From NCBI GenBank assembly GCA_947478315.1, contig CANJWF010000001.1:1-35892 (forward strand): DNA of 35,892 bases, in the 5' to 3' direction. Of the stretch, positions 8,401 to 17,137 are shown one piece after another. The notes beneath the pieces are model-generated. The model did not search any database and was not told where the DNA came from. It saw nothing but the letters and a program-made list of their open reading frames with translations. Position 1 is the stretch's first letter; each line of letters starts with the position of its first letter. This DNA is from Sphingobacteriaceae bacterium (GTDB lineage Bacteria; Bacteroidota; Bacteroidia; Sphingobacteriales; Sphingobacteriaceae). A program made the position numbers and the translations under genes.

Positions 8401-9366
8401 ATGAATACTACTAAAAATGGAGTAGAAGAATTAGATGCTTTATGTGCATCTTACCAATCCGTAAAATCAGAAATAAGTAAAATTATTATCGGTCAGGACG
8501 ATGTTGTGAAAGCCGTTTTAATGGCAATTTTCAGCAATGGTCATTGCCTATTAGTCGGTGTACCTGGTTTAGCAAAAACTTTACTCATACAAACACTCGC
8601 ACAAGCACTCGATTTAAGTTTCAATCGCGTACAATTTACGCCTGATTTAATGCCATCGGACATTTTAGGAGCAGAGGTATTTGGTGACGACCGTAATTTT
8701 AAATTCATTAAAGGTCCAGTTTTTGCCAATATTGTTCTAGCCGATGAAATAAATCGTACACCCCCTAAAACACAATCTGCACTTTTAGAAGCCATGCAAG
8801 AACGAGCAGTAACCGTTGCTGGCGTATCTCACCGCTTGCCAGCACCTTTTTTCGTGCTAGCCACACAAAATCCTATTGAACAAGAGGGTACATACCCTTT
8901 ACCCGAGGCGCAATTAGACCGGTTTATGTTCAACATTGTGTTAGAATACCCTACTTTAGAACAAGAGATAGCTGTTGTAAAATCGACAACTGGCACTCAT
9001 CCAGTAAGCGTACAAAAAATAATGGGAGCTCAAGAGATTTTAAAATTCCAGCAACTCATTCGAGGTTTACCCATTACCGATCATGTATTAGAATACGCCG
9101 TTCGACTAGCTACGAAAACACGGCCTAATACTCCCTTAGCAACCTTAGAAGTCAATAAATTTTTGAATTGGGGAGCAGGACCACGAGCCTCACAACAATT
9201 AGTATTAGGCGCCAAATGTCATGCCGCCATTCAAGGAAAATATGCTCCCGACGTGGAGGATGTGCAAGCTGTTGCCATTAATGTCTTACGTCACCGTATT
9301 GTCCGAAACTACAAAGCCGAAGCCGAAGGAATGACAGTAGAAAAAATTATTACCAATTTGTTTTAA
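8401..9366 (+). CDS. MoxR-family AAA+ ATPase
   Basis: Walker A GVPGLAKT, Walker B LADEINR, QNPIEQEGTYPLPEAQLDRF. Typical ~320 aa MoxR/RavA-like protein. Confidence 0.9.
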   Translation: MNTTKNGVEELDALCASYQSVKSEISKIIIGQDDVVKAVLMAIFSNGHCLLVGVPGLAKTLLIQTLAQALDLSFNRVQFTPDLMPSDILGAEVFGDDRNFKFIKGPVFANIVLADEINRTPPKTQSALLEAMQERAVTVAGVSHRLPAPFFVLATQNPIEQEGTYPLPEAQLDRFMFNIVLEYPTLEQEIAVVKSTTGTHPVSVQKIMGAQEILKFQQLIRGLPITDHVLEYAVRLATKTRPNTPLATLEVNKFLNWGAGPRASQQLVLGAKCHAAIQGKYAPDVEDVQAVAINVLRHRIVRNYKAEAEGMTVEKIITNLF

Positions 9367-9540
9367 CAAGAAACTGTTACGATAAAGTAAGGCATTTGTA
9401 TAAACGCTATTAAAAAACTACTCTCAATCATACAGACTATTGCTACGAATACGGTCGTTCAAAAATTTTAAGATAAAGCCAAACAAAATCAACAGATTGT
9501 CAATTCTATCGATACACTTTTAACAGAAAATACTAAACCG

Positions 9541-9548
9541 TAATTTTG
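9541..9548 (+). promoter_or_regulatory. Bacteroidota -7 box (TAATTTTG)
   Basis: Exact TAnnTTTG match 27 nt upstream of the ATG at 9575. Confidence 0.4.
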
Positions 9549-9574
9549 TTATCAAACTCACTAAAAAAAATAAT

Positions 9575-9985
9575 ATGTATCCAGAATATTTAGTTGCTCC
9601 AATGAGAGAAGAATTGACCAAAGCAGGCTTTGAAGACCTCAGCTCAGTAGAAGAAGTAGAAACTGCTATTCAATCGCAAGGAACCACATTCGTGGTCATA
9701 AATTCTGTTTGCGGTTGTGCTGCCGCTAATGCTCGCCCAGCAGCACGTTTAGCGGCACAAAACGTAAAAAAACCCACCAAAATGATTACCGTATTTGCCG
9801 GAGTATCGAAAGATGCGGTAGATAGTGCACGTAAGTTTATGTTGCCCTATCCCCCCTCATCGCCTGCAATGGCCTTATTCAAAGATGGCAAATTAGTACA
9901 CATGATTGAACGTCACCAAATCGAGGGACGCGCAGCACAAATGATTGCAGATAATTTGGTAGAAGCCTTCAACCAATACTGTTAA
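9575..9985 (+). CDS. Bacilliredoxin (BrxA/BrxB, YphP/YqiW family)
   Basis: 136 aa with the family's INSVCGCAAANARP redox motif (CGC). Confidence 0.75.
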   Translation: MYPEYLVAPMREELTKAGFEDLSSVEEVETAIQSQGTTFVVINSVCGCAAANARPAARLAAQNVKKPTKMITVFAGVSKDAVDSARKFMLPYPPSSPAMALFKDGKLVHMIERHQIEGRAAQMIADNLVEAFNQYC

Positions 9986-10003
9986 TCTCATTGATATCAA
10001 AAA

Positions 10004-11272
10004 ATGGTTTTAGATGATGTCAAGTCATTTAAAAGAAAAGCCCTTCAATGGGCTTCTTCTTTTAACGTCTGTGCCTATTTAGACAATAACGGCTATCCAT
10101 CTAACTTACAAACAGATTTTGATGCCATACTCGCTGTTGGAGTAGAACAATCTGCAACGGCCATTGATTCCAATATTGACACATTAACACAGTTCTCAAC
10201 CATTCCACACCAGTGGAAATTTGGCTTCTTAAGTTACGAACTCAAGAATATTTTCGAATCCCTCGAAAGCAAAAATCCTACCTTATTTAATTTCCCCCCA
10301 TTTTATTTTTTCATTCCTACATATATACTCCGTTTCGTCGGTGAAGAAGTCTATGTGTTAAAAGGCCCTCAAAATATATTAACTTATATCGACGACATTA
10401 TCCCGATAGCTGCTAGTGGTAGTCCTATTAACATCTGTTCGAAAATTTCAAAAGAAGAATATTTATGCCACTTATCTAATATACAATATCATATTAGAAG
10501 AGGAGATGTGTACGAAATAAATTTTTGTCAAGAGTTTTATGCCGAAAATTGCAAATTGTCGCCTATTGACATTTTTTGGCAATTAAATACACTGTCCCCT
10601 ATGCCGTTTGCCTCATTCTTTAAGTATCATGACCAATACATTATTTCTGCGTCTCCAGAAAGATTTTTAGCAAAACGAAACAACACCATTATTTCACAAC
10701 CGATTAAGGGAACAGCTGCACGTAGTCATACATTCAAAGATGATGAAATAAACAAAGAGCACCTACGTAATAGTGTAAAAGAACAAGCGGAAAATGTAAT
10801 GATTGTTGACTTAGTGAGAAACGACCTTTCTAAAGTTGCCATTTCAAAAACAGTAAAAGTTGATGAATTAATGGGTATCTACAGTTTCACACAAGTGCAT
10901 CAAATGATTTCGACTATCAGCTGTAAAATTGATGCTGAAATTAGTTTTACAGAAATATTAAAACACACATTTCCGATGGGATCCATGACAGGTGCCCCAA
11001 AAATAAAAGCAATGCAACTTATTGATAAGTATGAATCTACACAGAGAAATATCTACTCAGGTTCACTAGGCTATATTAGCCCCAACGGCGATTTCGATTT
11101 TAATGTTGTTATTCGTTCTATACTATACCATCAACTCCAACGGTACGTTTCTTTTCAAGTCGGAAGCGCCATCACTCATTTATCTAATCCAGAACAGGAA
11201 TACGAAGAATGTCTACTAAAAGCCAAGGCAATGATTACTGTATTAAAAAATGCTAACACAACGTTTCAATAA
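10004..11272 (+). CDS. pabB: Aminodeoxychorismate synthase component I (chorismate-binding enzyme)
   Basis: SPERFL, IKGTAAR, MIVDLVRNDL and PMGSMTGAPK are chorismate-binding-family motifs. The short ~420 aa form is typical of PabB. Confidence 0.75.
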   Translation: MVLDDVKSFKRKALQWASSFNVCAYLDNNGYPSNLQTDFDAILAVGVEQSATAIDSNIDTLTQFSTIPHQWKFGFLSYELKNIFESLESKNPTLFNFPPFYFFIPTYILRFVGEEVYVLKGPQNILTYIDDIIPIAASGSPINICSKISKEEYLCHLSNIQYHIRRGDVYEINFCQEFYAENCKLSPIDIFWQLNTLSPMPFASFFKYHDQYIISASPERFLAKRNNTIISQPIKGTAARSHTFKDDEINKEHLRNSVKEQAENVMIVDLVRNDLSKVAISKTVKVDELMGIYSFTQVHQMISTISCKIDAEISFTEILKHTFPMGSMTGAPKIKAMQLIDKYESTQRNIYSGSLGYISPNGDFDFNVVIRSILYHQLQRYVSFQVGSAITHLSNPEQEYEECLLKAKAMITVLKNANTTFQ

Positions 11273-11327
11273 ATTTAAACGCATTTCCTAATCCATAGGA
11301 GTAGTGTAGTAATAGGAAAGAAGGACC

Positions 11328-14087
11328 TTAATCATTTACACAAATAACTGTAAGATTTTTCTTTACTTCCGCCAATGATAAAGATGTTTTAAGCCAAATT
11401 TTAACCTCTTGTTGCGGAAGTAAATCAAAGAAATTATCACTAAAATGATAACTAGCAGTGTTACCCATTTTTAAGCAAACATTTTTTGCCAAAGTTTTGC
11501 TCTTTAGTTTAATAACAATTCGGTCATTCTCACTCAACACATCGGTATCAATAACAGTTTTAGGTAATAAGAGAGCCTTAGGAGACGTAAAATAAAGTAT
11601 ATTTTGGCTTACTTGTTCATTATCCACCCACAATTCAGCCGTTAAAAAACACTTTTTTTTATCCATATCTTTTTTTAAAAAAGAAGTTTTAGCCACGAAC
11701 ACCGTAAAGTTCATCGCTGGATTAATATCATATAGCGCATCTTTTTGCCATAATACTTTACCTTCTACATCTATCAATTTTAAATATAATGTACCCTCTA
11801 CAGGAATAAGTTTATCAGAAACAAGGCTAATTTTTATCGTATCATTTTGACAAATTGCATGGACTAACAATGGCGAATAGGCCTTTTTAACAAAATATTG
11901 AGCAGCTTTCCATCGCTCATGGCTATCAATCGTTGAATGACTAATAGTAAATGTATAATCATTAAAATGCGAGTAAATTATACCCGTGGTAAATGGTTGT
12001 TTTCTCCGATTATATTCGATAAATGTCTTCAAGCGTTCGGCCTGCAATAGCTGACTAAAATAACTGAGCCTTTGTGTGTCAACGCTATCTATTATCGGAT
12101 AATATTGGCGAATATCGGCCAATAACAAGGTCATATAAGATTGTTGCCATTGGTGTATATCCCTATCAAACACAATACTATCTGGCATAGATAAAGATGA
12201 AAAAAAGGGAGAATTAGAACCTGAAACATCGCTACTTTTCAACATTGCATCTTCATCTGAAAACAAATTATTTTTTGAAGAAGAATTCTTAGCAGCATTA
12301 TCATGCCTCTGTGAAAGAATATGACTCACGGATATTTCATCTGTTAATTTGTTTTTTAATGGTGATGAAGAACCCATAACAACATTATCATTCTTCTTTG
12401 TGAGCGTATTGCTCATGGGTGTTTCATTTCCTTCTATAAACGGTCGCTTTTTTATTACAGCTTCTTCGAGAGCGCGCGCCAAAGGAGATTCGGTACCATG
12501 CAAACACAATCGACCAGAATCCAAATTATGAATCATTCCCGGAATAACAACATCAAATAACGTCTGATTAGATGGGAATAGCTTGTGTTTAAGTTGCTGG
12601 TACTGCACATACGATGAATCAACCGTTTCATTAGAACAAAATTTGTTTTTCAATGGATTAATGGAATGCCCAAACGTATTATTCATTAGTGTTTTATCTT
12701 TCATGGTATTCATGAATGCAAAGCATTTCATCTCGGTTGGTGAGTACTCGCTCATGAGCATTTCATCAGCAGCAGAATTGTAGGCAACACCGTTAACACT
12801 CCACATCGCAATAGAAGGATGATTTCGCAAGCGTTTTATTTGATAGTCGAGTTCTTTACGAACGTTATTAACAAACAAGGTATCTGTTGGATAATTTGTA
12901 TCGGTAAACATTAAATCTTGCCACACCAAAATACCATTTTCATTTGCCAAACGATAAAAATCATTAGATTCATATACGCCCCCACCCCAAACTCTGATGA
13001 TATTAAAATTGGACGTTACCATATCTGCAAACAAACGCCTGTATTTGTCCTTATCCGCATGCGGTGTAAGTATATCCGTAGGCAGCCAAACAGCTCCCTT
13101 TAAAAATATCTTCTTCCCATTTAATTTTACCTGAAGTTGCCCTTGTTGTTCCAATACTTCAAGTGTTCTTAAGCCTATTCTTTCGGAGCGAATATCCTCT
13201 TCATTAGTAGTGGTAACCTTAAAATTCAAACTATATACATAAGGAGTACCCAAATCATGAGTCCACCAACGCTCTGGATTCGCAATTTCGAAAGGAATTT
13301 CAATAACTTGCACCCCCTCTTCAAGGTCAACTTCTTTTAAAATAGAGTTTTGAATAGACAAAGTTGCATGCTGTGCGTAAGTAGACTCCACCTCTATTTT
13401 TGCCAACAGTTCTGCCTTAGTATCCGACAGTGCCAATTGTTGAAGATGGATATTAAGAAGACGAACATCATTCCACATCAATAATCGAATAGGCTTCCAA
13501 ATACCTACCGATACTTTACTCGAAACAAAGGGAGATGCAAATTGATAAGCGGCCTTCCTCAAGCAAGGGCTCAAAGCGCACAACGATAGGCTATCTACTG
13601 AAGAGGTATTTGCGGAAAATGTACGATAAGCCTGATTCATCACCTGATTTAAAGCTCCAAATACAATTCTCAATCGGTTAGTACCTTTTTTTAAAAAAGG
13701 CTTCAATCGCATTTCAACGGGGACAAACATATTGTCGTTATGTAGAATGAGACTATCATTCAGAAATACATCCGCGTAAGTATCTAAACCTTCAAATAAA
13801 ATATTGATATGCTCGTATTTAAGATGGTAACTACTAATCGTAAAAGTAGTTTCATATTCCCAAGCACTTTGAGTAATTGAAGCAGCGAGGTTATTAGGCT
13901 CCGAAGAATCTTGAATTTTTTTATTCAGTAACAAATCAGTATACAGGTTGCCAGGAACCTGAGCAGCAAGCCAATTAACATCCCCAACTTGCCTAAACAA
14001 CCAATTGGTTTTTAACTCGGTTTTATAAAGGGCGTAAATTTGTGTAGAGAAAATGTAAAATGTAGATAATAATAAGTATTTCCTCAT
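11328..14087 (-). CDS. Glycoside hydrolase family 2 beta-mannosidase homologue carrying two in-frame repeat insertions; catalytic residues apparently lost
   Basis: Signal peptide. N-terminal WLAAQVPGNLYTDLL and FEGLDTYADVFLND, and TIM-barrel RVWGGGVYESNDFYRLANENGILVWQDLMF, match GH2 beta-mannosidases. First ATG is at 14087 (MRKYLLL). See findings for the insertions and the missing glutamates. Confidence 0.8.
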   Translation of the reverse strand: MRKYLLLSTFYIFSTQIYALYKTELKTNWLFRQVGDVNWLAAQVPGNLYTDLLLNKKIQDSSEPNNLAASITQSAWEYETTFTISSYHLKYEHINILFEGLDTYADVFLNDSLILHNDNMFVPVEMRLKPFLKKGTNRLRIVFGALNQVMNQAYRTFSANTSSVDSLSLCALSPCLRKAAYQFASPFVSSKVSVGIWKPIRLLMWNDVRLLNIHLQQLALSDTKAELLAKIEVESTYAQHATLSIQNSILKEVDLEEGVQVIEIPFEIANPERWWTHDLGTPYVYSLNFKVTTTNEEDIRSERIGLRTLEVLEQQGQLQVKLNGKKIFLKGAVWLPTDILTPHADKDKYRRLFADMVTSNFNIIRVWGGGVYESNDFYRLANENGILVWQDLMFTDTNYPTDTLFVNNVRKELDYQIKRLRNHPSIAMWSVNGVAYNSAADEMLMSEYSPTEMKCFAFMNTMKDKTLMNNTFGHSINPLKNKFCSNETVDSSYVQYQQLKHKLFPSNQTLFDVVIPGMIHNLDSGRLCLHGTESPLARALEEAVIKKRPFIEGNETPMSNTLTKKNDNVVMGSSSPLKNKLTDEISVSHILSQRHDNAAKNSSSKNNLFSDEDAMLKSSDVSGSNSPFFSSLSMPDSIVFDRDIHQWQQSYMTLLLADIRQYYPIIDSVDTQRLSYFSQLLQAERLKTFIEYNRRKQPFTTGIIYSHFNDYTFTISHSTIDSHERWKAAQYFVKKAYSPLLVHAICQNDTIKISLVSDKLIPVEGTLYLKLIDVEGKVLWQKDALYDINPAMNFTVFVAKTSFLKKDMDKKKCFLTAELWVDNEQVSQNILYFTSPKALLLPKTVIDTDVLSENDRIVIKLKSKTLAKNVCLKMGNTASYHFSDNFFDLLPQQEVKIWLKTSLSLAEVKKNLTVICVND
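12335..12428 (+). mobile_element. R93 repeat (MITE-like, internally palindromic), copy inside the GH2 CDS
   Basis: About 94% identical by eye to 19346-19438 (5 substitutions, 1 indel). ATGAAGAACCCAT and ATGGGTGTTTCAT form imperfect inverted arms. Confidence 0.75.
12626..12767 (-). mobile_element. R150 modular repeat, copy inside the GH2 CDS
   Basis: Its reverse complement shares the ends GATGAAATGCTCATGAG..CACCAACC and GGGCATTCCATTA.TCCATTGAAAAACAAATT..TTCTAATGAAA with the copies at 25534-25686 and 25735-25849. Confidence 0.75.
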
Positions 14088-14486
14088 TAGCAACAACGAT
14101 TATTAACGGATATTGAACGTGAAATATGACCATAAAGTTTTAAAAGGTGTATCTTAAAGTAAGCGTAAAGCATGCTCAGTTTAAGCACAAAACATAGACC
14201 TATAAAATAGTACTACACTAGTCTGTTTTGCAATTCAATGTAAATATTTACACAGTAAACTACTGTAAATAAACTACTTGACAAGCTCAATTATTTTTCC
14301 GTTATTGCACCCCTATAGCGGTTCGTCCATATTATGGCGACACACGAATCTTTTTAATTTTAAAATACGTATTTTGTAACGAGAATTTTACACCCCAACA
14401 CGTTTAACATAACACTTAGGTTGAATGTTTTTCAATCTAAGATTATATCAAATAATTTTTTATTCATTTACCTATTACCTAATACT

Positions 14487-15200
14487 ATGGGAAAGCACAT
14501 AGATTATCTAAAAGATTACCCCAATTCAGGAAAATTCCAACACGTGTTGCGGGATAAAGTAAAGGAAATGCAAAATTTGTTGGATAGCACGCACAACGCA
14601 AACAACCCTCAATTGAAAAATCAGTTGAAAGAAAAAATCGAAAGTATCAATGTAATGTTAGGTAACTATGATGCTTTTTTCACCGAGCTAATTAATACGC
14701 TTAGCATATCGTTAGAAAAAGATTTTGAAACAGGTATGCGAAAAATGGCACAAATGGAAAGTGTATGCGAATTCACTGAAATTTTTGTAACCATCCTAAA
14801 CATGTTTATGACACTAATGCAAGAGCGTGAAATAGAAGAAAACTACAGTACACCCAATTGCATCGTACAATCTATATTGAATAAAAATGAGTTAATTATC
14901 GTCACAGATAGTTGCGGACACATCGATTATATAAGTGAAAACATTGACGCAAACATGCATTGTGCCGATGAAATTAAAGGAGAATTGAAAATTATTACCG
15001 ACGACCATATAGATAGCATACTAATGCCCATGCTTACTACCACCGAAGAAGCCATACAACTCGCACTTACCAACAAACGCAACTACCACGGATTTGTTAA
15101 ATTATTTGTAGGAGCCATACCCTGCCAAATAACGGAAGAACGACTGCGAAATAACCTAGTGATGTACAACATTCGGTTAACCACCTTGCTGCAAAACTAA
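14487..15200 (+). CDS. Hypothetical protein (helical N-terminus, PAS-like C-terminal half)
   Basis: Long ORF with normal codon usage. The first ATG (MGKHIDYL) is preferred over the track's TTG. No motif recognised; the PAS-like call is only a fold impression. Confidence 0.45.
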   Translation: MGKHIDYLKDYPNSGKFQHVLRDKVKEMQNLLDSTHNANNPQLKNQLKEKIESINVMLGNYDAFFTELINTLSISLEKDFETGMRKMAQMESVCEFTEIFVTILNMFMTLMQEREIEENYSTPNCIVQSILNKNELIIVTDSCGHIDYISENIDANMHCADEIKGELKIITDDHIDSILMPMLTTTEEAIQLALTNKRNYHGFVKLFVGAIPCQITEERLRNNLVMYNIRLTTLLQN

Positions 15201-15204
15201 GCAC

Positions 15205-15645
15205 TATTTAGTCAGTCCTAAAAAGCACTTAAAAAGCTATATGATAGGTCATTAAATTGAAAAAGTTAACAAAAAATCTGCAAGATTTTAGATAAAACAC
15301 GTAGCAATCTTGCAGAAAAACCTTTCCGCTGTGCTTTGCGAAATGCAACAGCACCAAACATTCATAACCGTTTTTTGTCGCCTTATATTTGTCGGCAAAC
15401 ACCCAATTGCTAAAGCGCTGATTTTCAAAGACAAATATTCAGCGACGAGTTTTTCGTTGCTACTTTTTTTTACTCACAGAGGAGTAAGCCATCATAGGTG
15501 TTCGTGAATGCTTCGCATTTCGCGGATACAACGAAGATAATCAGCGCTGCGCAGTCATGAGTTCCATGCAAAACAAACATTCACGAATAAAAAAAGTAGA
15601 GATAAGTGCGATAGACTTTTTGAGGGTCGGCTATTTAAAGCACTA
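15205..15645 (+). mobile_element. IR-A element, copy A1 (~440 bp MITE-like, terminal inverted repeats)
   Basis: Ends CTATTTAGTCAGTCCTAAAAAG and CTTTTTGAGGGTCGGCTATTTAAAG are inverted. Internal 11-bp hairpin TCTGCAAGATT/AATCTTGCAGA. Matches 16767-17093 in reverse complement, except for about 110-120 extra bp at ~15470-15590. Confidence 0.7.
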
Positions 15646-16053
15646 CTCAACAAACTGCTGCAACCAGTCCATCGCCTCTTCACGAGATAGAAACGCCTGC
15701 ACCGGAAAAGGAGTATAACGACGACTAATGGATAGAAAAAAAGTAGTTGCCAAATACTGCGGATAGCGATGTACCAAAATAGCCGAAGCAGACACATCCA
15801 CCATACTTTCGGGAAGTACGTAGTACTTCATCGCCTTTACGTCAATGTGACAAGCTTGATTGATATCGACAAATAGTGGGGTAGCATGCCTCTTTGTGAG
15901 TAATTGACGGTCTGCCGCGGTTAGCAATGCAATGGGGAAGGTAATGCGCTTTACCTCATCCTTAAAACGTTGAAACAATATGCCACCTTCGAGCTGATAG
16001 GTTAAATAGGCATTTTCGGCAAACAAGCTGGCATCGTTAGCATCGGGCATCAT
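15643..16053 (-). CDS. Small STAS/SpoIIAA-like protein (paralogue 1)
   Basis: About 136 aa, paralogous to 16312-16722 (shared GGI.FQ.FKD, IDV.AMKY.VLP, DV.ASAI, RR..PFPV, WLQQF). Resembles the STAS-like N-terminal modules of Bacteroidota sensor proteins, by recollection only. ATG at 16053 or 16050. Confidence 0.45.
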   Translation of the reverse strand: MMPDANDASLFAENAYLTYQLEGGILFQRFKDEVKRITFPIALLTAADRQLLTKRHATPLFVDINQACHIDVKAMKYYVLPESMVDVSASAILVHRYPQYLATTFFLSISRRYTPFPVQAFLSREEAMDWLQQFVE

Positions 16054-16088
16054 TACATACAATTTAACTAACTGGGAATAGACCTTTC

Positions 16089-16290
16089 ATGCGTAATTTG
16101 GGTTAAAAGATACCCAATACGGCAATTTTGGCAAATAGGTCGTTAAAAAAGCTGTGCTGGGTTATCCTGAACTCGATTCAGAATCTATTAGATTGCGGAG
16201 CAAGTCCGCAATGACCGCTCTTTTTAGAAACCGCTAAGAACTTTATTGCCCCTCTGCCCTTTTTATAGAATTTGAACCCAAATTCGCATT
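16089..16290 (+). mobile_element. IR-B element, copy B1 (~200 bp MITE-like)
   Basis: Terminal inverted repeats ATGCGTAATTTGGGTT and AACCCAAATTCGCAT. Internal hairpin ATTGCGGA-GCAAGT-TCCGCAAT. The reverse complement of 17138-17340 is about 90+% identical by eye. Confidence 0.7.
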
Positions 16291-16311
16291 ACTTATAAAA
16301 TTTTAACCGTT

Positions 16312-16722
16312 TTACATAAACTGCTGTAACCACAGCACGCCTTCGCGTCTCGATTTTACCACCTCTACGGGAAAAGGTATTTGACGGCGATAAAACCGAA
16401 GAAAAAATTTGGCAACCGCATATTGCAAATAGCTATCAATACAGATAGCCGAAGCCAACACATCTTGGGTACTTGCCGGCAATACAAAATATTTCATAGC
16501 AGCAACATCTATACGCTTAGAACTACTATAACTTACATCAACCAACAAAAGCACAGGTTTTTTTTGAGTGAACGATTGTCTTCCATTCGTAATCTCTACA
16601 GCCATATCCACATTAATTTCCTTAAACCCACTATCCTTAAATACCTGAAAGACGATGCCACCATCAATCCAATATTGAGCGTAATCATTTTCGTAGAAAG
16701 GGGTATCCGTATTTGCATCCAT
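16312..16722 (-). CDS. Small STAS/SpoIIAA-like protein (paralogue 2)
   Basis: 136 aa; see paralogue 1. The antisense ORF at 16381-16749 is rejected. Confidence 0.45.
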   Translation of the reverse strand: MDANTDTPFYENDYAQYWIDGGIVFQVFKDSGFKEINVDMAVEITNGRQSFTQKKPVLLLVDVSYSSSKRIDVAAMKYFVLPASTQDVLASAICIDSYLQYAVAKFFLRFYRRQIPFPVEVVKSRREGVLWLQQFM

Positions 16723-16766
16723 AAAGAGAATTTATTAAACCAACACTAAGGTAGCATATTTTAAAC

Positions 16767-17093
16767 TATTTAGTCGACCCTCAAAAGTCCATCGCACTTA
16801 TCTTTTCTTTTTTCTCCGCGAAAAAAGAAACAAAAAAGCTCGTCGCTGAATATTTGTCTTTGTAAGTCAGTGATTTTGCAATTTGGTGCTTACCGACAAA
16901 TATAAGGCGACAGGGGACGGTTATGAATGGCTGTATCTGTTGCAGCTCGCCATTATTGGTCGGGATAGGTTTTTCTGCAAGTTTTTAACGTGTTTTATCC
17001 AAAATCTTGCAGATTTTTTACCAAATTTTTCATTTTAATAACCTGTTATATACATTATTAAGTACTTTTTGAGGACCGACTATTTAAATAGCT
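16767..17093 (-). mobile_element. IR-A element, copy A2 (inverted relative to A1)
   Basis: The reverse complement aligns with 15205-15470 and 15590-15645, with the same termini and the same TCTGCAAGATT hairpin. Confidence 0.7.
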
Positions 17094-17137
17094 ACACTAA
17101 GCAAAAATAGTTGTTAGGCTACCCTATTCTTATTCTC

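Noticed and set aside
6927-8795. Several 64-86 aa minus-strand ORFs inside the SurA-like and MoxR genes
   Set aside because: These are shadow ORFs within strongly supported CDSs.
12349-13103. Plus-strand ORFs 12349-12531, 12583-12783 and 12918-13103
   Set aside because: They are antisense to the GH2 ORF. The first two are just the opposite-strand reading of the inserted repeats.
14097-14486. Searched the 390-bp AT-rich gap upstream of the GH2 gene and the PAS-like gene for a tRNA, small RNA or repeat
   Set aside because: I saw no cloverleaf-compatible sequence, no match to the repeat families, and only short palindromes (TGTAAATATTTACA). It is probably a plain divergent promoter region.
15310-15797. 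ORFs 15310-15507 (+) and 15555-15797 (-)
   Set aside because: They lie inside or across MITE copy A1, and the homologous copy A2 does not keep these frames open. The second also overlaps the 3' end of STAS-like gene 1.
16381-16749. 122-aa plus-strand ORF
   Set aside because: It is antisense to STAS-like paralogue 2. The minus-strand frame is the one conserved with paralogue 1.
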